Virus record (IMG/VR): IMGVR_UViG_3300044701_003563
From: a virus
Direction: 5' to 3' (one strand)
DNA length: 64,000 bases
Shown: positions 1 to 9,204 of the stretch, one piece after another
How the letters are laid out: each line of letters starts with the position of its first letter
Position numbering within the stretch: position 1 is the first letter of the stretch
The notes under the pieces: model-generated
Databases searched by the model: none
What the model saw: the letters and a program-made list of their open reading frames with translations, nothing else
Told to the model about the DNA's origin: nothing
Made by a program: the position numbers and the translations under genes

Positions 1-197
1 GAATCAACATTTCCAGCAGATAACGTTTGCGAAACCGTTAAATTTGGATTTATTATTGCATCGCCTAAAACATGAAAAGATGCTAAAGGTTGAGTTAAAC
101 CTATTCCAACTCTTTGAGTATCAATGTCAGCATAAATTAAATTGGTATTTACCTCAAGACCATTTCTAACAACAAAGTTTTTATTGACTGAGGCCAT
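1..197 (-). CDS. Virion structural / tail-fibre-like protein, N-terminal part only (runs off the window)
   Basis: Manual translation from ATG at 197: MASVNKNFVVRNGLEVNTNLIYADIDTQRVGIGLTQP..., an N-terminus typical of cyanomyovirus fibre/structural proteins. Confidence 0.75.
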   Translation of the reverse strand, partial: MASVNKNFVVRNGLEVNTNLIYADIDTQRVGIGLTQPLASFHVLGDAIINPNLTVSQTLSAGNVD

Positions 198-243
198 GGG
201 TTTCCCTATCCACCCTTCTTTTATTCTTATTTATTTATCATAG

Positions 244-3200
244 TTATGGATTTGATTTTTGCTGAGTTGCGTCTGATATAACTTTAGCAATTAATTTTGC
301 CAATCCAACTCTGTTATCGACTGGATCTTTTCCACCTGGAATCAACTTATATGCTTCCCCCTCAATACTTAAAAGTGACCTAGTTACGTTTTGTATATCT
401 CCCTCACCAGTTCCAGTTGATGGTGCATTTCCATCTACATCAACGGAAGCATAAATTACTGGATATCCCACCCTAGACCAAGTATTTGAATTTCCATACA
501 ATTCTGAACGATTTGCAGTTGTCCATGGAGATAAAGCAATGCTTGTGTTTGGAACATATGCTTCAGCAAAATAATCAATTAATTTTTTGCCATTAGGCAT
601 AATTGTTGATGGAGTTAACCCGATTCCTGTGGAAACATCCTCTAATTGGAATGAAAAAGTTGTGGCATTTCTTACTCTATAAGAAGTATATGCTATTCCA
701 GTTCCCTCTTCAACGTATGTAGTTGTATTAAATAATCTATTTAATCTAATAGTGACTATTTCCCCGTTTACAAATGGATGATTATCAGATCTAACGGTCA
801 AAACTGATTTATCATTTATGATTATTGCTTTATACCCAGAAGGAAGATCATCGGAAATAGAAGCAGTTATTGTGTTATCCGTTTGAATAACTATTTGATC
901 TATTCTACTTCCAAAAGCAAATCCAGGATTATTAGTTGCAAATGGAGGGATGAATTGTTGTGTACCTTCGTCAACTAAATCAAAACCACTATCGGTAGAA
1001 GAATTAGTATTAGCACGAATAACATTCAATGATTTATTAATTAATCTATAATCTAAATATGGAACACCTAAATTTGGATTACTTCTTCTTGAGGTTATAA
1101 AATATAAGTTGTCATTGGCCACAATATTTGAAAATACGGATTGATCAAATGCATCATTATCAAATATAATTGTAGCAATCCCACTCTTTCCACCCGTATC
1201 ATATAATATAGATGCTTCAAAGTTTGTTGCTGCCAAATCTCTATGTCCTATAGAAGAAGTGCTATAGAAAAATAGTTCTTGAATCTCTGCTTTCTTCTCA
1301 ATGTCTCCATAAGTATAAACTTTATCAATTTTAACAACGCCACCTTTATTTGCTTCTGCCAATGTAAGCATATCATGAGTTTGACTTAACAACCCTTGAT
1401 TTGGTGGTGGCCCAGAATCATTAACATTATCCCACACTTTTTCTAATCCAAATGGCCTAGATCTTCTAGAAATTCCTCCATCCAAATAAATTGTGGATAA
1501 TCCAGAGTTTACCAATGGGGCACTATCTCTTGATATTCCTCTAAATGTAAATCCAGTTCCAGAAATACTTCCACCAGAAATTACTTGTTCTATATAAATT
1601 AAAAGATCATTTCTAAGAGTATTTGTAGTTCCATCTCCAGATTGTCCCCCAAGAAGATTTCCAGGTATTCTAATAACATCATTTACATTATATAAAGATC
1701 CACCACTTAATAACTCAACTGTAGAATAAGTTGTAACCCCAGCAGTTCTTATTCCCCCTCTAACAATTCTGAATTGAGATCCAGAACCTGTTCCAGTTAT
1801 AATAGAAGCTGTTTTTGCAGATTCATAATCGAGACTTGAATCTGGAACAGAGATTGTGGGATTAGATGTTTGTCTTAAAATTGATAAGTTTGTGGATTGA
1901 ATTCCTCCATTTACATCAACAGATCCAATTTTTACTAATGCATCATTACGAGTTCCAGTTGTTCCACCAAGATTTGACCCAGGAATTAGATAAAGTTCAT
2001 TTGTTTTATAATTTGAACCAGTGGAAACTATTGATTGAATTGTATAACTAGAAGTTATGCCAGTTGCATTCCTACGAATTATTAAAGAAGCAGCGGCATT
2101 ACTATTTCCATTTGAAAGACCTATTCTTTGATTATAAAGTAAAGTTCCAGAAATCTTATAATCTGGCCTACCATTCAATGTAATTGGAGATGGATATGGG
2201 CCATTCATTCTAAATACTGTAGAAGTTGGTGCATTTAATACTGTCCTATTCCCATTAAATCCAGAAAGTGAAGAATTAGTAATTGTAACTCCATCTCCTT
2301 GATCCAATAAATGTTGCTGATATACAAAAGATCCATCGAAAGAAAATGTTGACGTAACTATTGGACCTCTATCAAAAATGACATAATATCCTTCAGTATC
2401 TATAGTTGTATAAGAAATAGATCCAGAAGGATTTTGTGTTCCAGAAAGTGCAAAATTTTCAGTGTCTAATATTTCTGAAATAAAGTAAGTTCCTCCAAAA
2501 TCACTCTGCAAAGTAATATTTCCAGTTATAATATCCACCTGAGTTGTACCGACATTTGCAGCAGTAAATCCATGCCCTCCATTTACACGAACAATTCTAT
2601 CAGAATTTGCTAATCCAACTACTCCATTTACATCTCCATTTGGAGAATAATCATTTGGATTTATTGTTGATGGTGATATTAATTCTAAACTATTTGAAGA
2701 AGTATATTTTGCATTATAATCTCCATCAAAATTATCAGTTCCAGTGATATTAATTGATATAATATCCCCAAATATTAATGGAAGATCAAATGTTAAATTT
2801 GAAAATTCTATAGAATTAAATCTAATTATTGCTGGAGAATTTCTAAGTCCAGCAGTATAACCAAGACCAGAATTATTCTCAACAGTAGAATAATTAGAAG
2901 GATTGATTGCTTCTTGAAGACCTACTCTTGTTAATCCTCCAGTATCAGTCCTCCAAGCAATTGTATATGGACCAGGAAGAGATAATTGTTGGGAAGATGC
3001 TGTATCAGTTCCATCATTATTTACAATATCAATTTGAGAACCAACTGCAAAAGAACTTGGAATTATATTTGAAAATGTTGCTATTGCTGGATAATTTTGA
3101 TAACCAACCAATCCAACAGTGGATGTTATTGTAAAGTTTGTAGAAGCAGTACTTACGGTATTACTAATATTAAATAAATTTGCGTCTACTGTAGTAACAG

Positions 3201-6200
3201 TATATAGTTTATTATCAAATCCTGTTGAAGTATTTTGAATTTTTATTGATTGCCCATCGATTAAACCATGTGCGGTGCCTGTTCTAATTCTTACACTAGA
3301 TCCAACTAATCCAGCAATTGATCCAGAACCTTCATTAATTCCAGTAAATGATACTGGATCGGTACGTGTAATTCCAAAAGTTGTGCTAGTATATCTTTTA
3401 ACAGTATAAGTTCCATTAAATGTGGTTGAATTTTGAATTCGTACTTGATCTCCAGTTTTGAAGTCTACATCAGTCCCTCCCACAACTCTTGGAGTTCCAT
3501 TATATGTAACTGTTGGTCCAGCATTTTTTAATGTAATTAATCCATTTGGATCAATTGTGGAATTCGATATTTCTGTGTAACTAGTTGGGTTTGTTTTACC
3601 ATTAAGAGTAAATCTATCATTATCTATTTTTGTAATTGTATAAGAACCATTAAAATTAGCAGTTCCTTCTATTTGAACACTTTGATCTGTTGTAAAGGGA
3701 TGATTTGTTGATGTGACAGTTGCTGGATAATTTTCCAATCCAGCAATTCCTCCCGTTGCATTTGCATTCGTAAAATCATCAGTGTATTGAGTCGAATTCG
3801 TACTGTTTAATATAAATTGAGTTGGAGAAACGTAAGTTATTGTGAATGTATTATTAAATATTCCTAAATTTCCAGTTGTATTTTCAATTTGAACAGAATC
3901 TCCATTAATAAAAGGATGATTTGAACTTGTAGTTACAACAGCATTTGCTCTCAATCCAAGAATACCACTGTTTCCTCTAAGACCAAAGTTTGTACTGGAA
4001 GTTGATGATGACGAACTTGATGGAATTGCAATGAGACCTGTATCGTTTCCAAAATTTGATTGAATTGTAAATAAATTGTCTGCAATTAAAGCATTTCCAT
4101 TTTGATCTAAAACATTTTGTATTCCAACAGTTGATCCAACAGGAATAGAATTTGCTCCAGAACTTACAGTAATATAATAATTTGCACCAATTAAACCAAT
4201 TGTTCCCCCAGCTCCTGGATTACTATAGTCTGCAGGATTGAGTCCATTATCTGTCAATAATATACTTGTTGGAGATATAACTCTGGCATTTCTTGCCGTA
4301 TTCGTGTTTAATGCAGTTTTTCCAGTGTCTTGCAATTTAACTTGAATGTTTGATCCATTGGGTCCAAAATACGGAGACGGGAAAGAATAACTATTCGTAA
4401 ATGATATAACTGGACCTATTCCTCTAACACCTATTCCTCCAGATGTATCACGTAATGCAAAATTAGTAGAGCTATTTGATGTAGAATTTAAACTAAGTAT
4501 ATTTCCATTTACATTATTAATAGTATATGTTCCATTAAAATTAGTAGTACCATAAATGTCAATTGATGCTCCATTGACAAAAGTATATCCAGATGGAGTT
4601 ATTGTTCCATGAGTTACTTTCAATGAATCTCCAACCAATCCAACTATTGTATTAGAATTTGCATTTGAAGAACTTACATATTCATTTGGATTTGGTGTAG
4701 TTTGATTTCTAAAACTATCAGAACCGAGAAGAATTCTTGTACTATCTAGAATTCTTGCGTTTGTATATGTTTTATTGAAGAACGAAGATGGAGAATCTTG
4801 AATTTTTATAGAAATTAAACTTCCTACTGATCCAAAAGAAGACGTAGATGTTACCGTAGCAATTCCAGAAATTGTATGAATGCCTATTTTGCCAGAAGAA
4901 CCCTGTAAAGCAAGTGTCGATGGCGTTTGATTTTCTTTAAGAATAAATGCATAAGGTTCCGTAAATGAAGATTTAATTCCAGAAATTACATATGCATCGT
5001 TATAAATTGCTGATTCTCCAGTGACTCCAAATACTGTAATTGCCATTCCAACTGACAATTTATATTCAGTAATTGACTGAGAAGCAGTGCCAGAAAGATT
5101 AAAAGTATTTCCAAAATTTGTAATTAAATCTGCTGCTGTAGATACAATGCCAGTTACAGAATCGGCAAGTCTAAAAGTATTAATTCCTGCCTGTGCTACT
5201 TGCCAAATTTTATTATAGACACTATTTTCATTTCCACTTATTGAAACTAATTGTCCATTGCTAAATCCATGAGAAGGTGCGTCTACAATTGGAATTAATT
5301 TGTTGACTATGTAATAACTTCCAGACGCATTTCCAAAAGCAACACTTCCACCTTGACTTGCAAATTCAAAAGAAAATCTATCTTGACCAATGCCAGCATC
5401 TTGTACACTTGTAACTGTAAGTCCATATCCCGTATTTGTATAATCAAACACAGTTCCAGTACCAAAAATATAAACAATATCACCATTTTGTAAATAATTA
5501 TCAAGATTTAAACCTGAACCATTCCCTAAAATTGTAACTAAATAACTAGCAGTTACTCCGTTATTATTAAATTGATTAAAACCTTGTGATGAATTAAGTA
5601 AATATGGATTTACATTATCTGGAGATACTTCTCTTAAATTATAAGCAATACTTGTAATTCCAACATTTCTGAATGTTACTGGTACTACTAATTCCAATTC
5701 TGATTGGTTATATCCTACAGTTGACCCAGATCCTATAGTCGTTGCTGCAAATAATTCAGTTCTTCCAGTATTATCAATTTTAATTTGAGTTGGACTTTCT
5801 ACAGATTTTACAGTAAAAGTTGAATTCCAATCTGAATCTGTTGTTCCTCTTATAATTATAGAATCTCCAGTTATAAAAGTATGATCTGCTGATGTTTGTA
5901 ATAATGCATCAGAACCAAGTCCAACATTATTATTAACCCCATTATCCAATTGAGTAATAATTAATTTTGCAGGTAAAGGATTCTGTACTGGCCCTGCACC
6001 AAGACCTGGAGCAGAAACTTCTATCTCATAATCACTCAATACATTAATAATAGAAAGACTTTGATTATCTAAAGCAGGTTCTCCAGTTCCTGCTACAAGA
6101 ACTTTTCCCCCAATCCCAATATTTCCAGGTAATGCTGCACCTGAAGGATTGAGAGTAATAAGACATTGATCATTTGCTGGATCATACTCAACTATAGTAT

Positions 6201-9168
6201 ATGCATCTGGATATGTAATAAAGGAAATTGCAAATGCTGTATATCCAATACTTACAATGTTTGGTGCAGTATATCCAATACTTACTACACTAGTACTTGT
6301 AAATCCAATATTTGTAATCGTAGATGTCGTGTAAGCAATTCCTGCAACATTTCCATGGGTGAATCCAGCTCCTGTAACAGAAAGTATAGTATATCCTATT
6401 CCAACTATATTGGAGGTAGAGTATGCAATACCCGTAGTGCTAGAAGTGATATTAGTATATGCAATTCCAGAAATATTAAATGAACTTTGAGCTAATCCTA
6501 TTATATTTCCAGTTGTATATGCAATACCAGTAATTCTTGCAGTTGTGTACCCTATTCCTAAACTAGTTCCTTTTCTATAATATACTGAACTTATATCAAT
6601 AGGTTCATATGAAAAAGTTGCAGTTTTTGGATAATATGCATTTAAAGGTACTTGATAGTCTATGTAATTTGTGGGCGTTCCCGATACCGAATAAGTATCT
6701 ATTATACCACCCGACAATACATTAGTTACTGTAATTGTTATATTATTTGCCGATGTTCCATCCAATTCCGTTCCAGATATTAATAATTTATCCCCATTTT
6801 CATAATTTGTTCCACCATTAAGTAAAGTTAAGGAATAATTATTATTATTGAATTCATTTTTTCTTACAGTAAATGTGGCATTTGTAGTCGTTCTTTCTGC
6901 AAAATTATCACTCAATAAAGCAGTTACAGTATATTCTAAAGGTTGCACACTTGTAATTCCAACTACAAGATTATTTTCTATATTATCTTCTCCCAAAGAA
7001 GATGCAGAAATTGTAAATTTATCTCCAATTCTGTAATCAGTTCCAGCAAATCCTGGTCTCACTTGTATGATGTATCTATCGTTTAATTTATCAATTTTAA
7101 AAGATGCTCCAGTTCCAACAGTTGTATCTTCAGTAACCGTATTGTTTTGTCTTGTAAATCCAGAAGTGGAATCAGTTATTGAATACTCTATTGATTTAAA
7201 ATAATTTGCGAATCTCCAAGTAGAAGGTGGATTTTGTGATGTTGTAAAAGTATAGGAATATTTTGATAGATTTGCATATATGTATTCTTGCCCTGCCTTT
7301 TTTACAAATACGGCATCATATCCATCATTGGATTCATATCCACTAATTCCGATAACTCTAAGATTTCTATATTGTACTTCTTCTTCTATCGTTCTTGTTA
7401 CTGTTTGAATTGGTGGTCTAAAGAATAAAGATCCTTCTTCCCAAACTTCCCGTCCTCCAAAGAAATATCCAGATCCGTTAAGAACGTAAGAATTTTCTTT
7501 AGATCCAGTTCCAGAAGCAGAATTAACGTCAAATAATAATCTAACAAAACTTGGATTTATTAAAGAAGTACTAAAATTTAAACTTCCGTCAGGAGTAAAG
7601 TTATTTGTTCCAACATTGGGATTGCCTAATATTAATCTGAATGGATAATATCTTCCTGAAGTAAAGTTTAAATTAGCAGATGTGACCGAAAAAACATCAT
7701 TTAAATCACTATCTGGATTCTGTAGTAAATTATCTCTTGTGCCAGAGTTATCTGGGCAAGTAATTGTAGAATTTGATACTGTATATCCACTATAAACTTT
7801 AGAATCTGGACCAAATCCGTCAATTCCTGTTGCATCGGATCCAATCCAAAAACAGCTAGTTCCAGTTGATTGAATTCTAAAGGTGAATGATCCCGATATC
7901 TGAGGAGCAAAGTATCCAACTATCATTATAGTATAATTGGATATATCAGATCTTAATCGATCAATTTCAAAAATTGGTCCCCAAAATCCACCCTTTTGAA
8001 TCGTAGAACTTAAATTTTGGGTTGCTGGTGTTATCTGAGAATTTGGAATTTCAATACCTGCATAAGATGGATCTGTATTAAGAACAGCAGTTCCTCCTCC
8101 AGTATATCCTTCATAAATGATTTTGGGTTGACCTCCCAAATCAGCTGCTGCAGTTGCTGTTGAATTGGGAGTTCCATTAATAAACCAGTTCATACCTGGA
8201 GCGTCTTCAAATTCTCCAGTTGTAGTATTACCTAATGGAAGTGGAATAGCTTTATTAGTAAACCAACTTTCAATAGAAGACTCTGGATCTGGAGAATCTG
8301 GATCGTCTAAAAAATATCCTCTATATCTTCTAACATAAAATCCAGAGGAATTGTATTTATATTTGTCAGTTGTATAACCAACATTATTTTTAGTAGATAT
8401 TCCAATACCTATTAAATTTGAAGCGGTATTTTCTTGTTCATTAGATGCAGCAATTACATATGTCGGTAAATTTCTTCTAATTGGAGTATTTAAAAATTGA
8501 CCAATATATGAAGTATTTACAGATCCTTCTGTTATATTATTAACAGAAGCATTATTGGATCCACTATAATAAAAAGACCAAATATTTCCGTGAACGTCTT
8601 CACTATACTGTCCTGGATTATCTATAGTATCAAACGAACTAAATCTTGTTGCTGTTGACTCACTTGAAACTTTTGATGCTATATTATATCTTAATGATCC
8701 AAGGTTAAAAACGCCCTCATCACTATTAATATATTGATTTTTCCAAAGGTTTTTAAAACTTCTTTCGTTGAAATAATTTGAATCGGCTACAATAAAATGA
8801 TTTGGAAAAGTCGTAGTTTCCGTGTTTAGAGTTAAAGATTGTGTAAAAGATTTTGATCTAAATGTTTGATCAATATACGTATATAAATTTGGTGATGATT
8901 GAAACTGAGCTCCTACTTTTAATGTATATAAGTCATTCTGAAGAGTTGATGGAAATATTCCATCATAAAACATAGAAACAGTTGATCCTACTGAAATATT
9001 TCCACCTGGACTAGTTCTGGGACTAGTATAATTACTAACTCCAGAGGAATCCAAATTCATTGAATAGGAAACATCAGTAAAAAATACTATGTTTACTCCT
9101 TCAGAAAATAAATTTCCTCTGAATAAAATAGGTGATAAATTGGCAACAGAAGAACCGTAAAAGGCCAT
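244..9168 (-). CDS. Giant virion structural / adhesin-like protein (2974 aa): VWA-like motifs, PA14-like domain and many small beta-sandwich repeats
   Basis: DxSxS MIDAS-like motif (FFTDVSYSM); PA14-like segment (YTIMIVGYFAPQISGSFTFRI...YYPFRLILGN); repeated HxFxxGDxVxI...FNGTYTI units; Ser/Thr/Gly/Asn-rich. Confidence 0.75.
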   Translation of the reverse strand: MAFYGSSVANLSPILFRGNLFSEGVNIVFFTDVSYSMNLDSSGVSNYTSPRTSPGGNISVGSTVSMFYDGIFPSTLQNDLYTLKVGAQFQSSPNLYTYIDQTFRSKSFTQSLTLNTETTTFPNHFIVADSNYFNERSFKNLWKNQYINSDEGVFNLGSLRYNIASKVSSESTATRFSSFDTIDNPGQYSEDVHGNIWSFYYSGSNNASVNNITEGSVNTSYIGQFLNTPIRRNLPTYVIAASNEQENTASNLIGIGISTKNNVGYTTDKYKYNSSGFYVRRYRGYFLDDPDSPDPESSIESWFTNKAIPLPLGNTTTGEFEDAPGMNWFINGTPNSTATAAADLGGQPKIIYEGYTGGGTAVLNTDPSYAGIEIPNSQITPATQNLSSTIQKGGFWGPIFEIDRLRSDISNYTIMIVGYFAPQISGSFTFRIQSTGTSCFWIGSDATGIDGFGPDSKVYSGYTVSNSTITCPDNSGTRDNLLQNPDSDLNDVFSVTSANLNFTSGRYYPFRLILGNPNVGTNNFTPDGSLNFSTSLINPSFVRLLFDVNSASGTGSKENSYVLNGSGYFFGGREVWEEGSLFFRPPIQTVTRTIEEEVQYRNLRVIGISGYESNDGYDAVFVKKAGQEYIYANLSKYSYTFTTSQNPPSTWRFANYFKSIEYSITDSTSGFTRQNNTVTEDTTVGTGASFKIDKLNDRYIIQVRPGFAGTDYRIGDKFTISASSLGEDNIENNLVVGITSVQPLEYTVTALLSDNFAERTTTNATFTVRKNEFNNNNYSLTLLNGGTNYENGDKLLISGTELDGTSANNITITVTNVLSGGIIDTYSVSGTPTNYIDYQVPLNAYYPKTATFSYEPIDISSVYYRKGTSLGIGYTTARITGIAYTTGNIIGLAQSSFNISGIAYTNITSSTTGIAYSTSNIVGIGYTILSVTGAGFTHGNVAGIAYTTSTITNIGFTSTSVVSIGYTAPNIVSIGYTAFAISFITYPDAYTIVEYDPANDQCLITLNPSGAALPGNIGIGGKVLVAGTGEPALDNQSLSIINVLSDYEIEVSAPGLGAGPVQNPLPAKLIITQLDNGVNNNVGLGSDALLQTSADHTFITGDSIIIRGTTDSDWNSTFTVKSVESPTQIKIDNTGRTELFAATTIGSGSTVGYNQSELELVVPVTFRNVGITSIAYNLREVSPDNVNPYLLNSSQGFNQFNNNGVTASYLVTILGNGSGLNLDNYLQNGDIVYIFGTGTVFDYTNTGYGLTVTSVQDAGIGQDRFSFEFASQGGSVAFGNASGSYYIVNKLIPIVDAPSHGFSNGQLVSISGNENSVYNKIWQVAQAGINTFRLADSVTGIVSTAADLITNFGNTFNLSGTASQSITEYKLSVGMAITVFGVTGESAIYNDAYVISGIKSSFTEPYAFILKENQTPSTLALQGSSGKIGIHTISGIATVTSTSSFGSVGSLISIKIQDSPSSFFNKTYTNARILDSTRILLGSDSFRNQTTPNPNEYVSSSNANSNTIVGLVGDSLKVTHGTITPSGYTFVNGASIDIYGTTNFNGTYTINNVNGNILSLNSTSNSSTNFALRDTSGGIGVRGIGPVISFTNSYSFPSPYFGPNGSNIQVKLQDTGKTALNTNTARNARVISPTSILLTDNGLNPADYSNPGAGGTIGLIGANYYITVSSGANSIPVGSTVGIQNVLDQNGNALIADNLFTIQSNFGNDTGLIAIPSSSSSSTSSTNFGLRGNSGILGLRANAVVTTSSNHPFINGDSVQIENTTGNLGIFNNTFTITYVSPTQFILNSTNSTQYTDDFTNANATGGIAGLENYPATVTSTNHPFTTDQSVQIEGTANFNGSYTITKIDNDRFTLNGKTNPTSYTEISNSTIDPNGLITLKNAGPTVTYNGTPRVVGGTDVDFKTGDQVRIQNSTTFNGTYTVKRYTSTTFGITRTDPVSFTGINEGSGSIAGLVGSSVRIRTGTAHGLIDGQSIKIQNTSTGFDNKLYTVTTVDANLFNISNTVSTASTNFTITSTVGLVGYQNYPAIATFSNIIPSSFAVGSQIDIVNNDGTDTASSQQLSLPGPYTIAWRTDTGGLTRVGLQEAINPSNYSTVENNSGLGYTAGLRNSPAIIRFNSIEFSNLTFDLPLIFGDIISINITGTDNFDGDYNAKYTSSNSLELISPSTINPNDYSPNGDVNGVVGLANSDRIVRVNGGHGFTAANVGTTQVDIITGNITLQSDFGGTYFISEILDTENFALSGTQNPSGSISYTTIDTEGYYVIFDRGPIVTSTFSFDGSFVYQQHLLDQGDGVTITNSSLSGFNGNRTVLNAPTSTVFRMNGPYPSPITLNGRPDYKISGTLLYNQRIGLSNGNSNAAASLIIRRNATGITSSYTIQSIVSTGSNYKTNELYLIPGSNLGGTTGTRNDALVKIGSVDVNGGIQSTNLSILRQTSNPTISVPDSSLDYESAKTASIITGTGSGSQFRIVRGGIRTAGVTTYSTVELLSGGSLYNVNDVIRIPGNLLGGQSGDGTTNTLRNDLLIYIEQVISGGSISGTGFTFRGISRDSAPLVNSGLSTIYLDGGISRRSRPFGLEKVWDNVNDSGPPPNQGLLSQTHDMLTLAEANKGGVVKIDKVYTYGDIEKKAEIQELFFYSTSSIGHRDLAATNFEASILYDTGGKSGIATIIFDNDAFDQSVFSNIVANDNLYFITSRRSNPNLGVPYLDYRLINKSLNVIRANTNSSTDSGFDLVDEGTQQFIPPFATNNPGFAFGSRIDQIVIQTDNTITASISDDLPSGYKAIIINDKSVLTVRSDNHPFVNGEIVTIRLNRLFNTTTYVEEGTGIAYTSYRVRNATTFSFQLEDVSTGIGLTPSTIMPNGKKLIDYFAEAYVPNTSIALSPWTTANRSELYGNSNTWSRVGYPVIYASVDVDGNAPSTGTGEGDIQNVTRSLLSIEGEAYKLIPGGKDPVDNRVGLAKLIAKVISDATQQKSNP

Positions 9169-9204
9169 TTTATTATTTCTTTTATAATATATATTTTACT
9201 TTTA

